Source: a virus
Taxonomy: Duplodnaviria > Caudoviricetes
Virus record (IMG/VR): IMGVR_UViG_3300028599_000022
Location: 1 to 24,437 of that record
Length of the DNA stretch: 24,437 bases
Strand: one strand, 5' to 3'
The position numbers and the translations under genes are program-made. Every line of letters begins with the position of its first letter. Within the stretch, counting starts at the first letter, position 1. The notes under the pieces are model-generated. The model saw nothing but the letters and a program-made list of their open reading frames with translations. It did not search any database and was not told the origin of the DNA. Below, piece after piece: positions 7,584 to 15,986 of the stretch.

Positions 7584-8167
7584 CAGAACACCCGCCGCAA
7601 GACACGGAGCATCCGTCTATTGTATTCTCGCGGGAAGTCTCCCGACAGCTTCTCAAGAACTTCCTCGCGCACTCTATAGCCAGCCCTGGCCGTGCTGACC
7701 TGTTGTTCGACGATCGGTAGCCAGGTTTTCCCGCCGTTCGATGAAACCCGCTTCGCTGGACGCGCCGCGCGCTTGAACACACCCGTGTGACTCTTGACTT
7801 GCGCACGAAAGGCGCCGCCCGTTACCGCGCGGCGAACGATGAGGGAAGTTCCGCCGGGGAGGTTGAGATTGGTTCGACGACCTCGCCCCTTAGCAAACCA
7901 GCGTGCCGGCATTGATTCGACCAGAGACAAGCCCAATGCGACAAGATGATCTGTCCGCGCCTGCCCCGTCACCGGCAAGAGGATGCGACGACGTAGGCGT
8001 TTTTGCGGTCTGACTCCGAGCCGGCGCGACAACCCGCGCACCATCAATGTCCTGGACTGTCGGCGCTGTCGATTAAGGATCTGGCGTATTATAACTCTGC
8101 TTTGCTTGGGGAGTCGTTCCAGTCGCGTACGAATGGCCCGAGTATTGAGCTTCAATTTAAGCTTCAC
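7583..8167 (-). CDS. Minor tail protein Z-like (neck / tail completion)
   Basis: Very basic; GAFRAQVKSHTGVFKR...LPI motif of lambda gpZ-like proteins; GTGA coupling. Confidence 0.75.
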   Translation of the reverse strand: MKLKLKLNTRAIRTRLERLPKQSRVIIRQILNRQRRQSRTLMVRGLSRRLGVRPQKRLRRRILLPVTGQARTDHLVALGLSLVESMPARWFAKGRGRRTNLNLPGGTSLIVRRAVTGGAFRAQVKSHTGVFKRAARPAKRVSSNGGKTWLPIVEQQVSTARAGYRVREEVLEKLSGDFPREYNRRMLRVLRRVF

Positions 8168-8466
8168 GAAGGACGCTCCAACTGAAGCTGAATCACTTCC
8201 CCGTCATCCTGCGGTTGCCACACCGCAACGCGCCAAGAACCGACACTTTCTCCGGTATGATTGATGATGTCATCGAACACCGAGCCAACGCCCACACTCG
8301 CGGCTGCAAGCGTTGCTCGATTGGCCAGGAACGTAGGAAGGGAGCCCGAAACGCCAACTTCGAAGGAATCTTCACGGTCGAAAAGGCCGGGGACAGTCGC
8401 GCCCGCAATAGACGCGATGCCCCAATCCGTGAAAAACGCTTCGCGCTCAGCGTCCGACTCGACCAT
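8164..8466 (-). CDS. Head-tail joining (head closure) protein
   Basis: 100 aa, acidic, ends W.V...QPQDDG...LQL; located between the capsid and Z-like genes. Confidence 0.75.
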   Translation of the reverse strand: MVESDAEREAFFTDWGIASIAGATVPGLFDREDSFEVGVSGSLPTFLANRATLAAASVGVGSVFDDIINHTGESVGSWRVAVWQPQDDGEVIQLQLERPS

Positions 8467-8469
8467 CGG

Positions 8470-10449
8470 TTATCCAGCAACCTCCGCCCATGCCAGGCCG
8501 CGCCAGTCCTTCACCACAACGTCGTACACGAACCGAACCTTGTAGTGGATCGCGTCGGTATCCCAGCCGCTTTCCTGCTCGAGAGTCGGAGTCTGCACGC
8601 CGTTGAGGAAGTAGACGTCGATGTGCTGACCTTTGCGGCTCGCCCCGAAATAATCGGTGACGTCCGTGAGCAGGTGGGTTGACACCACCTCGAAGGTGTT
8701 GCGGACCGTGTTGGCACGCTGTGCTGCGCCACCGACATCGACCAGGAACTCGGAACCGGCCAGGTCGATGGCCGTATCTTCGAGCTCCAACGGCACAATG
8801 ATGTAGCTCAGGCGCGGAGAAATCTCCTCCGCGTTGTCGTCCGCCTGGCGCCCCATCAGCACGCGCAGTGCATTGACGCCCGCGAGGCTCAGCGCCGCTG
8901 TGGTCACGTTCGAATGCGCGGACGAGAACAACTGGTTGGCGTCGTTCATGACCGGGCCACTGGCGCCCGCGATCTGATTCAGGGTCAGCGTCGTGATGAC
9001 ATCACGATCCAGCGTTGCCTGTGCCGCCTCGCCGCTCGAGGCCATCTGATCGCTGAAACCGTTGATGTCATTGTTGACCACCGCCTCCCAGGTATAGCTG
9101 ATCAGTCCGCCGCGCTTCTGGACTTGCCCGCCTTCCTTCTGGTCGACGCGGGTCAGGGGCTGATATGCGGCGTTCTCCGCCACGATCGCGAGTTTCTGCG
9201 TGTGCGACAGGCGCGGCACGGTGAATGCCTTGAAGTCAGGCGAGCTACCCGTTCCACAGAACTTGTCCCACGCGCGCTCCGCGCGACTGAAACCGTCGAA
9301 CATGGACTTGAAGCCTATGTTCTCGGTCATGGCCGGGAAGTCTGCGGTAGCGTACTGAGCCGTACCGGGCGAGATGGCGCGCATGCCGATGGCCATCTTG
9401 GCGATCTGCTCGGCACTCTTGCCGCGCGTGTCGACCCCGTGATTGACCAGAATCTCGCGCGCGATGTCAAGCATGGTCCAGCCGCGATAGCTGTTGCCCT
9501 GCATCTCTTCTGGCTTGATCAACGTCGGGACAGCGCGCTCGAGGATTGCGAGCTCCATACCACGGAAAGCCTTGTCGTCGCCATGCTGGCCGCTGGTGAC
9601 GGGCAGCGGCGCCGCTGGCTGGCGACCCGGTAGCGCATCAACGGGCTTCGCCAGCGGCTCGCCCGCCGGGATGATCAGATCGAGCGCCAACTCGTTGAAC
9701 CGGCTGACGGTGCAATCCGGCTGCTTGATGAGCTCGGCCATCAGCTCGTCCACGTCAGAAGCGGAATCGGGCCGCAAGCGCTTGACCTCCAGCGCGCGGC
9801 TCACGATCTGTGCGACCTCGCCCCGTCCTGCCTTGGCGCCATCCTGGTAGCCCGCCTGCTTGCGCGCTTCGATGTCAGCGATGATACCTTTCGACTCCGG
9901 CGCGGGAGCCGTACCCTCGTTGGTGTCCACGTCGGATACCCCTTCGTCCAGCTCAAGAGAGCGCCCCACGCCGACACTGGGATCGGCGGGTAGCGTGACG
10001 AGCGACGCCGCAAGCGGCACCCATCGGGTTACGGTGATCTCACGCTCGCCAGTCTGATCGTAGTCCAGACGGCGATAGGTCAGGCTGATGTCTGGAGCAA
10101 CGCCACGCTCCACCTTGCCACGGGCGGCCGCGCCCTGCTCGTCGGAGTCGAATACCAGATCTCCGCGCAGCACGCGCCCCTCGAGGTGCACGTTGTGCAC
10201 ACGGCCGATGGGCAGGGCCTGCGAATGCGGATCGCGCTCTGAATGCCCGATGGTGAGCGGCAGCCCATGCGACCCGACGGCGCTCATGTCCACCGCGTCG
10301 GAGTTGTGCGAGAGAACTTCCTCGACTCCGAGCGACGGCAGCGACACCGGCGTTTCTGATGACAACGCGGCACGGACCGGGCCGGCTGCATCGGTCGCGC
10401 TGAATTCCACGATCTGCGCGATGCGGTGCCCGGTTTGTGGGATCTTCAT
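8470..10449 (-). CDS. Fused HK97-type prohead protease - scaffold - major capsid protein (659 aa)
   Basis: Start MKIPQ at 10449 by ATGA overlap with the portal stop. Protease motifs SSETPV, LPLTIGH, IGRV, ISLTY, RW.P..SLVTLPADPSVGVGRS; capsid motifs TADFP, DFK, GGLISYTWEAVVNND, LFSSAHSN, FLNGVQTP.LE, DWRG. Confidence 0.92.
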   Translation of the reverse strand: MKIPQTGHRIAQIVEFSATDAAGPVRAALSSETPVSLPSLGVEEVLSHNSDAVDMSAVGSHGLPLTIGHSERDPHSQALPIGRVHNVHLEGRVLRGDLVFDSDEQGAAARGKVERGVAPDISLTYRRLDYDQTGEREITVTRWVPLAASLVTLPADPSVGVGRSLELDEGVSDVDTNEGTAPAPESKGIIADIEARKQAGYQDGAKAGRGEVAQIVSRALEVKRLRPDSASDVDELMAELIKQPDCTVSRFNELALDLIIPAGEPLAKPVDALPGRQPAAPLPVTSGQHGDDKAFRGMELAILERAVPTLIKPEEMQGNSYRGWTMLDIAREILVNHGVDTRGKSAEQIAKMAIGMRAISPGTAQYATADFPAMTENIGFKSMFDGFSRAERAWDKFCGTGSSPDFKAFTVPRLSHTQKLAIVAENAAYQPLTRVDQKEGGQVQKRGGLISYTWEAVVNNDINGFSDQMASSGEAAQATLDRDVITTLTLNQIAGASGPVMNDANQLFSSAHSNVTTAALSLAGVNALRVLMGRQADDNAEEISPRLSYIIVPLELEDTAIDLAGSEFLVDVGGAAQRANTVRNTFEVVSTHLLTDVTDYFGASRKGQHIDVYFLNGVQTPTLEQESGWDTDAIHYKVRFVYDVVVKDWRGLAWAEVAG

Positions 10450-11888
10450 GCGGCCTCTTCCTCCTCGTCCTCGTCGACAAGTCGCGGCGGTTGGCGTGCG
10501 GGCGCCGGTGCCGTGGGCTGAGCCGGCGCGGGCTGGCCGATCATCTCCTCGGGCGCACCGCGCTTGATTCGGATCTGATCCAGGCTGACGAAGCCCTTCT
10601 CGACCGCCATCGCGTCGGCCTGCACTTCCTTCAGAGGATCGATCCATGGGATGGCCGGCCCGCGATATTCGGCATTCACCGCGCGCTCCAGATCCATTCC
10701 AGCCGGCAGCACGACCTCGCCCACCAGGAGCTCGGTAAGCGCCCACGCTTCGTAGACCGGCCGTACCAAGCTCTGGACGAACTGATCCTCGCGGATGTCG
10801 TTGTAGCCTTCAGCCTCAACCATCTCCTGACGCTGCGCGGCATAGGTACCGTCATAGTTCCGCGAGATGCTGGAGTAGCGCAAGCTGGTGCCGCTCGCCA
10901 GGCGCTTGAACTGATCGGCGATGTGCGCTGGCATGTTCGGCCCGGGATAGTCCGGACCGACGCCGGTGATCGATTCTCCTGGTAGCAGCGTATCGATGAT
11001 GCTGCCGCCAGCCATTGCCAGGAAACGCTGGCCCTGCTTGTTGTCATCATCGACGCCCTGATAGTCCGGGCCGCGTTCGATCGCGGCGGTCCAGGACGCC
11101 AGGATGCGGTTCTTGGTGCGCTCCGAGTCCTCCAGATCCTTGATGTCGTACAGTCGCGGGATGACGCGCACCAATGCCGACACGCCGCGTGTCGCTGGCC
11201 AGCGGTCGGCATGCTTCAGGTGCAGCATGCGCCGCGCCGGCGCAAACTTCAGATCGTCGAACGAGACGAAGGGCGATGGCATTCCGGCCAGCCCGGCGTC
11301 GCCCGGATGCCGTTTGTAGATGGCGTAGGACTGCGGCCGGTTCCAGGCGTTGTGAAAGATCCCCTGTCGGTAACCGTTGTCCTGGTAGTCGGCCGGACAC
11401 ATCTCGGACTCGAGCAGCTCGACGCGGAATGGCGTATCGGTCGGCTCGAACGGGTAACCACTCTCGCGCCCGGCCACGAGCTGTATGAAGTGTTCGCCGT
11501 CGCGCGGCCAGGCACGACAGCTCAAGCGCTGGGCCTGGTGCCAATGGAGCTCGTGAGTCACATCAGCATGCCGGATCCACTTCCGCCAACGTCTGATCAA
11601 CTGGGCCCCGAGCGTCTGGTCGATCGAGCCGTCCTCTCGAAGGGGCTTCGGAATCGTGACCAGCCCGGCCCCGATCGAGCCCTTCACCCACTCGTCGAGC
11701 ATCCCGGACGCGATGTCGGAGTTCTCGTCGAGGTAGCGGCCCCAATGGTTGATGCGCGGATAGGCGCGAGCGTAGGCGCTGTCCTGGGAATGCGCGGCGC
11801 CGACTGGGGGGCGCCGTGACGGGGTGGAGATTGCGGCTTCGTAGGCTCGCGAGCCTGTGGACTTCTGCTTGCGCTTGCGCTTGCCCAC
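10446..11888 (-). CDS. Portal protein, lambda gpB family (480 aa)
   Basis: RAYEAA, RYLDENSDIA.G, DGEHF, ELLESE, PWIDPLKEVQA; GTG start overlaps the gpW stop (TAGTG). Confidence 0.95.
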   Translation of the reverse strand: MGKRKRKQKSTGSRAYEAAISTPSRRPPVGAAHSQDSAYARAYPRINHWGRYLDENSDIASGMLDEWVKGSIGAGLVTIPKPLREDGSIDQTLGAQLIRRWRKWIRHADVTHELHWHQAQRLSCRAWPRDGEHFIQLVAGRESGYPFEPTDTPFRVELLESEMCPADYQDNGYRQGIFHNAWNRPQSYAIYKRHPGDAGLAGMPSPFVSFDDLKFAPARRMLHLKHADRWPATRGVSALVRVIPRLYDIKDLEDSERTKNRILASWTAAIERGPDYQGVDDDNKQGQRFLAMAGGSIIDTLLPGESITGVGPDYPGPNMPAHIADQFKRLASGTSLRYSSISRNYDGTYAAQRQEMVEAEGYNDIREDQFVQSLVRPVYEAWALTELLVGEVVLPAGMDLERAVNAEYRGPAIPWIDPLKEVQADAMAVEKGFVSLDQIRIKRGAPEEMIGQPAPAQPTAPAPARQPPRLVDEDEEEEAA

Positions 11889-12190
11889 TAGGTGCGCCAG
11901 TCGGTCCAGAGGTCTTGCGGAATGAGCCCGCCGGACCCGCCGCCCGGCGTCGGGAAGGCGGCCTGCGCCGACATCGGGCGCACGATGCCACGCTGGCGTA
12001 GCGTCAGCGACTTGACGGTGCGCTCCCAGCGGGCGATCTGATTGTTGACCTCGGCGAGGTCCTGACGGGTCAGGGTGCGGCCGCCAATGCTGTAGGACTG
12101 GCCAGCGCTGGTGGCCTCGAGGGCGGCCATCCACTTGCGCAGCTGCCCCTGGGCGTAGGGCAGCGTGATGAGGGCAGGTTGCAGGCTCAT
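11888..12190 (-). CDS. Head-to-tail joining protein, gpW-like (100 aa)
   Basis: GQSYSIGGRTLTRQDL.EV...I..WE motif; between terL and portal. Start moved to ATG 12190 because the ORF-track TTG is the -35 box. Confidence 0.88.
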   Translation of the reverse strand: MSLQPALITLPYAQGQLRKWMAALEATSAGQSYSIGGRTLTRQDLAEVNNQIARWERTVKSLTLRQRGIVRPMSAQAAFPTPGGGSGGLIPQDLWTDWRT

Positions 12191-12197
12191 GCGCGGG

Positions 12198-12226
12198 AAA
12201 ATACGCGCCGCCATAGCCTGTGTCAA
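12198..12226 (-). promoter_or_regulatory. Sigma70-type promoter for head/tail genes, probably leaderless
   Basis: Minus strand TTGACA-17 nt-TATTTT, then 7 nt, then ATG of gpW with no SD. Confidence 0.65.
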
Positions 12227-12284
12227 TACCCCTTGGGGAAGTCCTTAGCTTTTGCTTAATTCTGCTCTTAGCGGTTTGAGCAGT

Positions 12285-14108
12285 TCACAGCGCCGGCCGG
12301 GGCAGCGGTGACGGCATCGGTCCCCGTGGACGGGTAGTGCGCTCGGCCTGAATCGCTTCGACTACCTCCGGGGTCTCCCGCGGGCGCAACCGTCTCACCC
12401 CCTGAATGTCCGCAGCGATGGCGGCGAGGACTTCGCAGTCGCCGTAGTGATTCTGTCGGTTGCCGGTGGTTTCCCAGATACGCTTGCCGCGGGAGATGCG
12501 GCTACGCTCGTTCGTCACCTGCGCGCAGTATTCGTCGTCGATGTGGTTCGGCACGTACCAGGCTCCGGGCTGGTCGCGGTCCCAGCGGATGCGAGCGTAG
12601 AGCCACTGCTTCCAGGTATCGGCGGAGTAGCGCCACAACTTGAGCGTCTTCAGCGGCCGCCCAGACACGCTCTCGTCCACGTTGGTGTCCCAATACGGCC
12701 GCTCTGCGCGGTCGAGCCCTTTGGCTGGTGCCCAGTTGAGCCGCTTGCGGCACTGCGCGTAGACCATGGCCGTCTGATAGCCGGAATCGATCAGCACCAG
12801 CGCGGGACGCCGTCCCATGAACGGCGAGTCGAGCATCTTGGCCAGGTCGGTCCAGACATCCTCGAACTCGGTTGCGCCGTGGATCTGCTCTCGCGCCAGC
12901 AAGTAGCTGGTCACGCCGGCGCACCAGCCACGCACCGTGAGGTACAACGACATCTCTTGCACGTCCACACCAACCGTCACCAGTTGGATGTCGTCGGCCG
13001 GGATGTCCTCGACCTGGCGATCCTTGATCGCATCTGCCCGCATCCCCTGCGAGGGTATCCGCCAGAGCTCGCCGCAAGCGGTGTTGACGATCGCCTGCAC
13101 CGCGCCCGGTTCACCTTCGCGAGCAGCGCGCACGTAGCTTTCCGCGGTCTTGCCGATGCTGGTGATCTGATCGGCGAGCCCAGTTACCCAGTACGAGGCC
13201 ACGGAGTTGCGCACCTCGAGCTCGGGCGACAACTGTGGCTCCCCGTTCTCGTCGATGATCGCCGGCACGTAGTCGGCGGTCTGATCCTTCACCTGCTCGT
13301 CCATGAGCATGCGCTCGCAGGTCGGGCAACGAATCTGCGCTTCCTCGCGAATGATGTGATAAGGCGCTCGCTCCGGATAGACGACGGTCGCCCAGCACGG
13401 CACGAACCACTCGCCGCAACCCTGACAGCGCCAGCACCAGCGCATCCGCGTGCCCTGCGCCCACCAGGCATAGGTCGGACAGATCCCTTCCTCGGTCGGG
13501 CTGCTGAGCACGATGGACGTCGCGCCTGGAAACATGGCGCCGCCTTCCTGGATGATGCGCACCGGATCGCCTTCGCCCCCGGCATCGCCAACCATACGGC
13601 TGCGCTCGTCGATCACAGCGTACTTGCACGGGTGACTGGCCACCTCGGTGCGGGAGCCGGCCCAGCCGATACCGAAGCGGCTGCCGGCGACGTAGCGTTC
13701 GAGACTGCCGCGTGCCTTCTGACTGGTGATATCGCGCAAGCCCTCGACCGTATCGAACATCTGCTCGATTCGATCGGCCGCCATGCTGCGCGCTAGCTTC
13801 TCGGTCGGCGTGATCCACAAGCTCGGACCCGGCATGGTCTTCCAGGCGAAGCCGAGGCAGTTCAAGCCGAGTTCGGTCTTGGCCCGCTGGCGCCGCATGA
13901 TGACGACCACGACATCCGTATCCGGATCCACGAACGAATGCATCGGTGCCCGCACGTATGGCGTGCGGTCGGTCTTCCACTTGCCAGGCCAGGGCGCCGT
14001 CGCGGGCATGACCCGCTCGGCATCGGCCCACTCGTCAGGATAGTCGTACTCTGGTGGGCGACAGATCGACGCCAGCTTCGAGACTTCCCGACATAGATTC
14101 GAGCTCAT
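12285..14108 (-). CDS. terL: Terminase large subunit, lambda gpA family
   Basis: PGKWKTDRTPY.R.PM, Walker-A-like RQRAKTE, Walker B AVIDE, GDP, SSPT, CQGC/CPTC, nuclease GVDVQ, IDSGY, NHYGDCEV. Confidence 0.96.
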   Translation of the reverse strand: MSSNLCREVSKLASICRPPEYDYPDEWADAERVMPATAPWPGKWKTDRTPYVRAPMHSFVDPDTDVVVVIMRRQRAKTELGLNCLGFAWKTMPGPSLWITPTEKLARSMAADRIEQMFDTVEGLRDITSQKARGSLERYVAGSRFGIGWAGSRTEVASHPCKYAVIDERSRMVGDAGGEGDPVRIIQEGGAMFPGATSIVLSSPTEEGICPTYAWWAQGTRMRWCWRCQGCGEWFVPCWATVVYPERAPYHIIREEAQIRCPTCERMLMDEQVKDQTADYVPAIIDENGEPQLSPELEVRNSVASYWVTGLADQITSIGKTAESYVRAAREGEPGAVQAIVNTACGELWRIPSQGMRADAIKDRQVEDIPADDIQLVTVGVDVQEMSLYLTVRGWCAGVTSYLLAREQIHGATEFEDVWTDLAKMLDSPFMGRRPALVLIDSGYQTAMVYAQCRKRLNWAPAKGLDRAERPYWDTNVDESVSGRPLKTLKLWRYSADTWKQWLYARIRWDRDQPGAWYVPNHIDDEYCAQVTNERSRISRGKRIWETTGNRQNHYGDCEVLAAIAADIQGVRRLRPRETPEVVEAIQAERTTRPRGPMPSPLPRPAL

Positions 14109-14559
14109 CAGCAATCGATCTCCGCAGGTCGTTGGCCATCTGCTTGCGCCTGGCTATTTCGTGTGCCGTCTCGCCGCTACGCACGTAGATGTCGAGCGTG
14201 GTCATGATGCGCATCATTGCGGTCGACCAGGTTTCGATTACATCGCTGCGCAGAACCGTCTGCGCGGTGAGGACATCGTTGCGCGCCGACTGGCCGTCGC
14301 CCTGCAGCCCGACCAGGCGGATCCGCGAGAGCATGAGTTCGCGGGCAAGCTCGCTGCTCTCTTGCGTGTCGCGGACCACGCGGCCACCGGTGACGGCGTC
14401 CGAGATGAGCTGGCGCTCACGGGCCCACTCGAGGGCCTTCTCTCGATCCCACCAGCCGTAGCGCACCTTGGCAATCGACAGTCCTTCCTGCGCCAACTGA
14501 GTCAGCCGGCCGGAGGAGATGTTCAGCTCTCTCAGCAGTTGCTTGGTGCGGATTTCCAT
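14035..14559 (-). CDS. terS: Terminase small subunit (Nu1-like)
   Basis: N-terminal winged-HTH pattern (TKQLLRELNISSGRLTQLAQEGL...W) followed by coiled coil; directly upstream of and overlapping terL. Confidence 0.8.
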   Translation of the reverse strand: MEIRTKQLLRELNISSGRLTQLAQEGLSIAKVRYGWWDREKALEWARERQLISDAVTGGRVVRDTQESSELARELMLSRIRLVGLQGDGQSARNDVLTAQTVLRSDVIETWSTAMMRIMTTLDIYVRSGETAHEIARRKQMANDLRRSIADELESMSGSLEAGVDLSPTRVRLS

Positions 14560-14600
14560 AGTGCTTAGCTTGGATTTACGCGCGGTGATCGATCAAATTC

Positions 14601-14642
14601 TGCGCTGCCTCTGCCCCGCACTAGAGCCCCCAGGTAGTACCT
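14601..14642 (-). other. Candidate cos site (cosQ-like plus cosN-like)
   Basis: Minus strand AGGTACT-19 nt-GGGCAGAGGCAG, the 12-mer flanked symmetrically by TGCG/CGCA, about 45 bp upstream of terS. Compare lambda GGGTCCT...CG-GGGCGGCGACCT-CG. Confidence 0.55.
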
Positions 14643-14704
14643 ACGACTACCGCACACACCAGCCCTATCGCAGCCAGCGCGAAGCCGAGGTCTCGCAACG
14701 TCAT
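14621..14704 (-). CDS. 27-aa single-TM microprotein
   Basis: MTLRDLGFALAAIGLVCAVVVGTTWGL*; ATGA coupling to the upstream gene; below the ORF-track cutoff. Confidence 0.5.
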   Translation of the reverse strand: MTLRDLGFALAAIGLVCAVVVGTTWGL

Positions 14705-14886
14705 ATCCCGCTCAACAAACGGTTGAACCTTTCGACTGGGTTCCAGTTCCGGCGAAACCACACAACATCACCTGAATGGCATCTAGGTGCCGCTCCATTG
14801 ACGGCATCTTGTCTGGCTACCCCACAACGCGTACAGAAATCATGGTGCAGAGATTTGTACTCGTGCAACCTCATATCCAGAGTCAT
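14701..14886 (-). CDS. Small Cys/His protein (61 aa)
   Basis: ATGA coupling at 14886; HEY...HHDFCTRCG...C suggests metal binding. Confidence 0.65.
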   Translation of the reverse strand: MTLDMRLHEYKSLHHDFCTRCGVARQDAVNGAAPRCHSGDVVWFRRNWNPVERFNRLLSGI

Positions 14887-15401
14887 ATCCCACCAGCCTT
14901 GCCCACAGCTCCGACAGTCAACTCGAGGTCGAGCGCAGCCGTCTGCTGATGCAGGTTCGTTACGTTGATGTAGTACTGCTGATTCGGCGCGAACACCCAC
15001 AATGCAGGGCCAGCGCTACCGACCACACCTTCGAGCACACCATCACCTATGCTGGCCTCGCCTATCTTCGTGCCCGGCGTAGTGACGAACGATGAATCCT
15101 CTATCAGCGAGAAGGGTTCGGGCTGCGCGTTCTCGTGGTTCAGGGGATAGCCCTGCACAGGTTGGCCGAACTGAATATCGCCACCGACATAAAGTTCGAA
15201 CAGTGCGCCACGCGTTCCGTCTGTGGCCAAGTATGCCCTGAAGAACGCAACAGGCAGATCGCCGGTAATGAACCGCGTTGTGTCCACTCCACCACTCGCC
15301 AGTGAGTTGGTGGCTGAGTAGACCCACGTGTAGCCCTGCGACAGATTGAACGCTTGGCTCAGTCGCATATCGTGGTAGTACAGATTGTTGAGCTTACTCA
15401 C
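14883..15401 (-). CDS. Hypothetical beta-rich protein, possibly virion-associated (start uncertain: 15458, 15401 or 15368)
   Basis: First long ORF after the terminator; coupled to the next gene; ends FAPNQQYYINVTN...LDLEL. Confidence 0.65.
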   Translation of the reverse strand: MSKLNNLYYHDMRLSQAFNLSQGYTWVYSATNSLASGGVDTTRFITGDLPVAFFRAYLATDGTRGALFELYVGGDIQFGQPVQGYPLNHENAQPEPFSLIEDSSFVTTPGTKIGEASIGDGVLEGVVGSAGPALWVFAPNQQYYINVTNLHQQTAALDLELTVGAVGKAGGI

Positions 15402-15402
15402 G

Positions 15403-15431
15403 AAAAAAAGCCCCCGGACTGGAGCGGGGGC
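15403..15431 (-). terminator. Intrinsic terminator ahead of the late genes
   Basis: Minus strand GCCCCCG-CTCCAGTC-CGGGGGC-TTTTTTT. Confidence 0.85.
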
Positions 15432-15508
15432 ACAAGAGGAGTGGAGCGGCACTCGCATGCCCCGTCCGCATGGGTGAGTGATAACAGGGCTAGCATGTGC
15501 ACAGGTCG

Positions 15509-15537
15509 CTTTTACCTCGGCTTGGCGAGGAAGTCAA
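15509..15537 (-). promoter_or_regulatory. Candidate late (pR'-like) promoter
   Basis: Minus strand TTGACT-17 nt-TAAAAG right after the rusA stop; the spacer holds the inverted repeat CCTCG-N6-CGAGG. The -10 lacks the final T. Confidence 0.5.
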
Positions 15538-15542
15538 GCTCG

Positions 15543-15986
15543 TCATGCCTGGATCACCTTCACTGTCACGTCAACGTCGCCGGCACGCTCGGTGCCCCAA
15601 AGGCGACGTACGGTGAGATTGTCGATGAGCTCGTCATCCGCGTAGACGCCAGCATGGCCAAGCGAATCGAGGATCGCTTTCAGCAGATTGTCCACGTCAC
15701 GCCTGCGCCTGTCTGGCGGATACACCACCAGCAGCATCCCGAGTCGGCCAGGCATCAGGCGTTCGGCACCGCTAGCCTGCACGATACGCCCGACGGTTTT
15801 TCGATAGGCTCGACCATCCCTGGAAATCATCGGCCGCGGTTGCCCGGGTACGAAGCGCCAGTAAGTGTTGACGCTCGGTGGCCATGGCAGTGTCAGCATG
15901 GTCCGTGCAACTGAGTTGCTCGCCTGGACCTCATAGCGCGATTCGCCGAAGCGCTCGAGATACTCGGTCCATTGTCCTCGGGTCAT
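15543..15986 (-). CDS. rusA: RusA family Holliday junction resolvase
   Basis: LPWPPSVNTYWR...PPDRRRRDVDNLLKAILDSL..AGVYADDELI; ATGA coupling at 15986. Confidence 0.95.
   Translation of the reverse strand: MTRGQWTEYLERFGESRYEVQASNSVARTMLTLPWPPSVNTYWRFVPGQPRPMISRDGRAYRKTVGRIVQASGAERLMPGRLGMLLVVYPPDRRRRDVDNLLKAILDSLGHAGVYADDELIDNLTVRRLWGTERAGDVDVTVKVIQA

Noticed and set aside
10450-10746. N-terminal extensions in the ORF track (capsid from 10746, portal from 12134, rusA from 16106, rep from 18995)
   Set aside because: They overlap upstream genes extensively; coupled starts at 10449, 11888, 15986 and 18899 fit better.
12447-13796. Long plus-strand ORF (449 aa) and similar antisense or alternative-frame ORFs across the late arm
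   Set aside because: Shadow ORFs of well-supported genes in GC-rich DNA, with no motifs or coupling.
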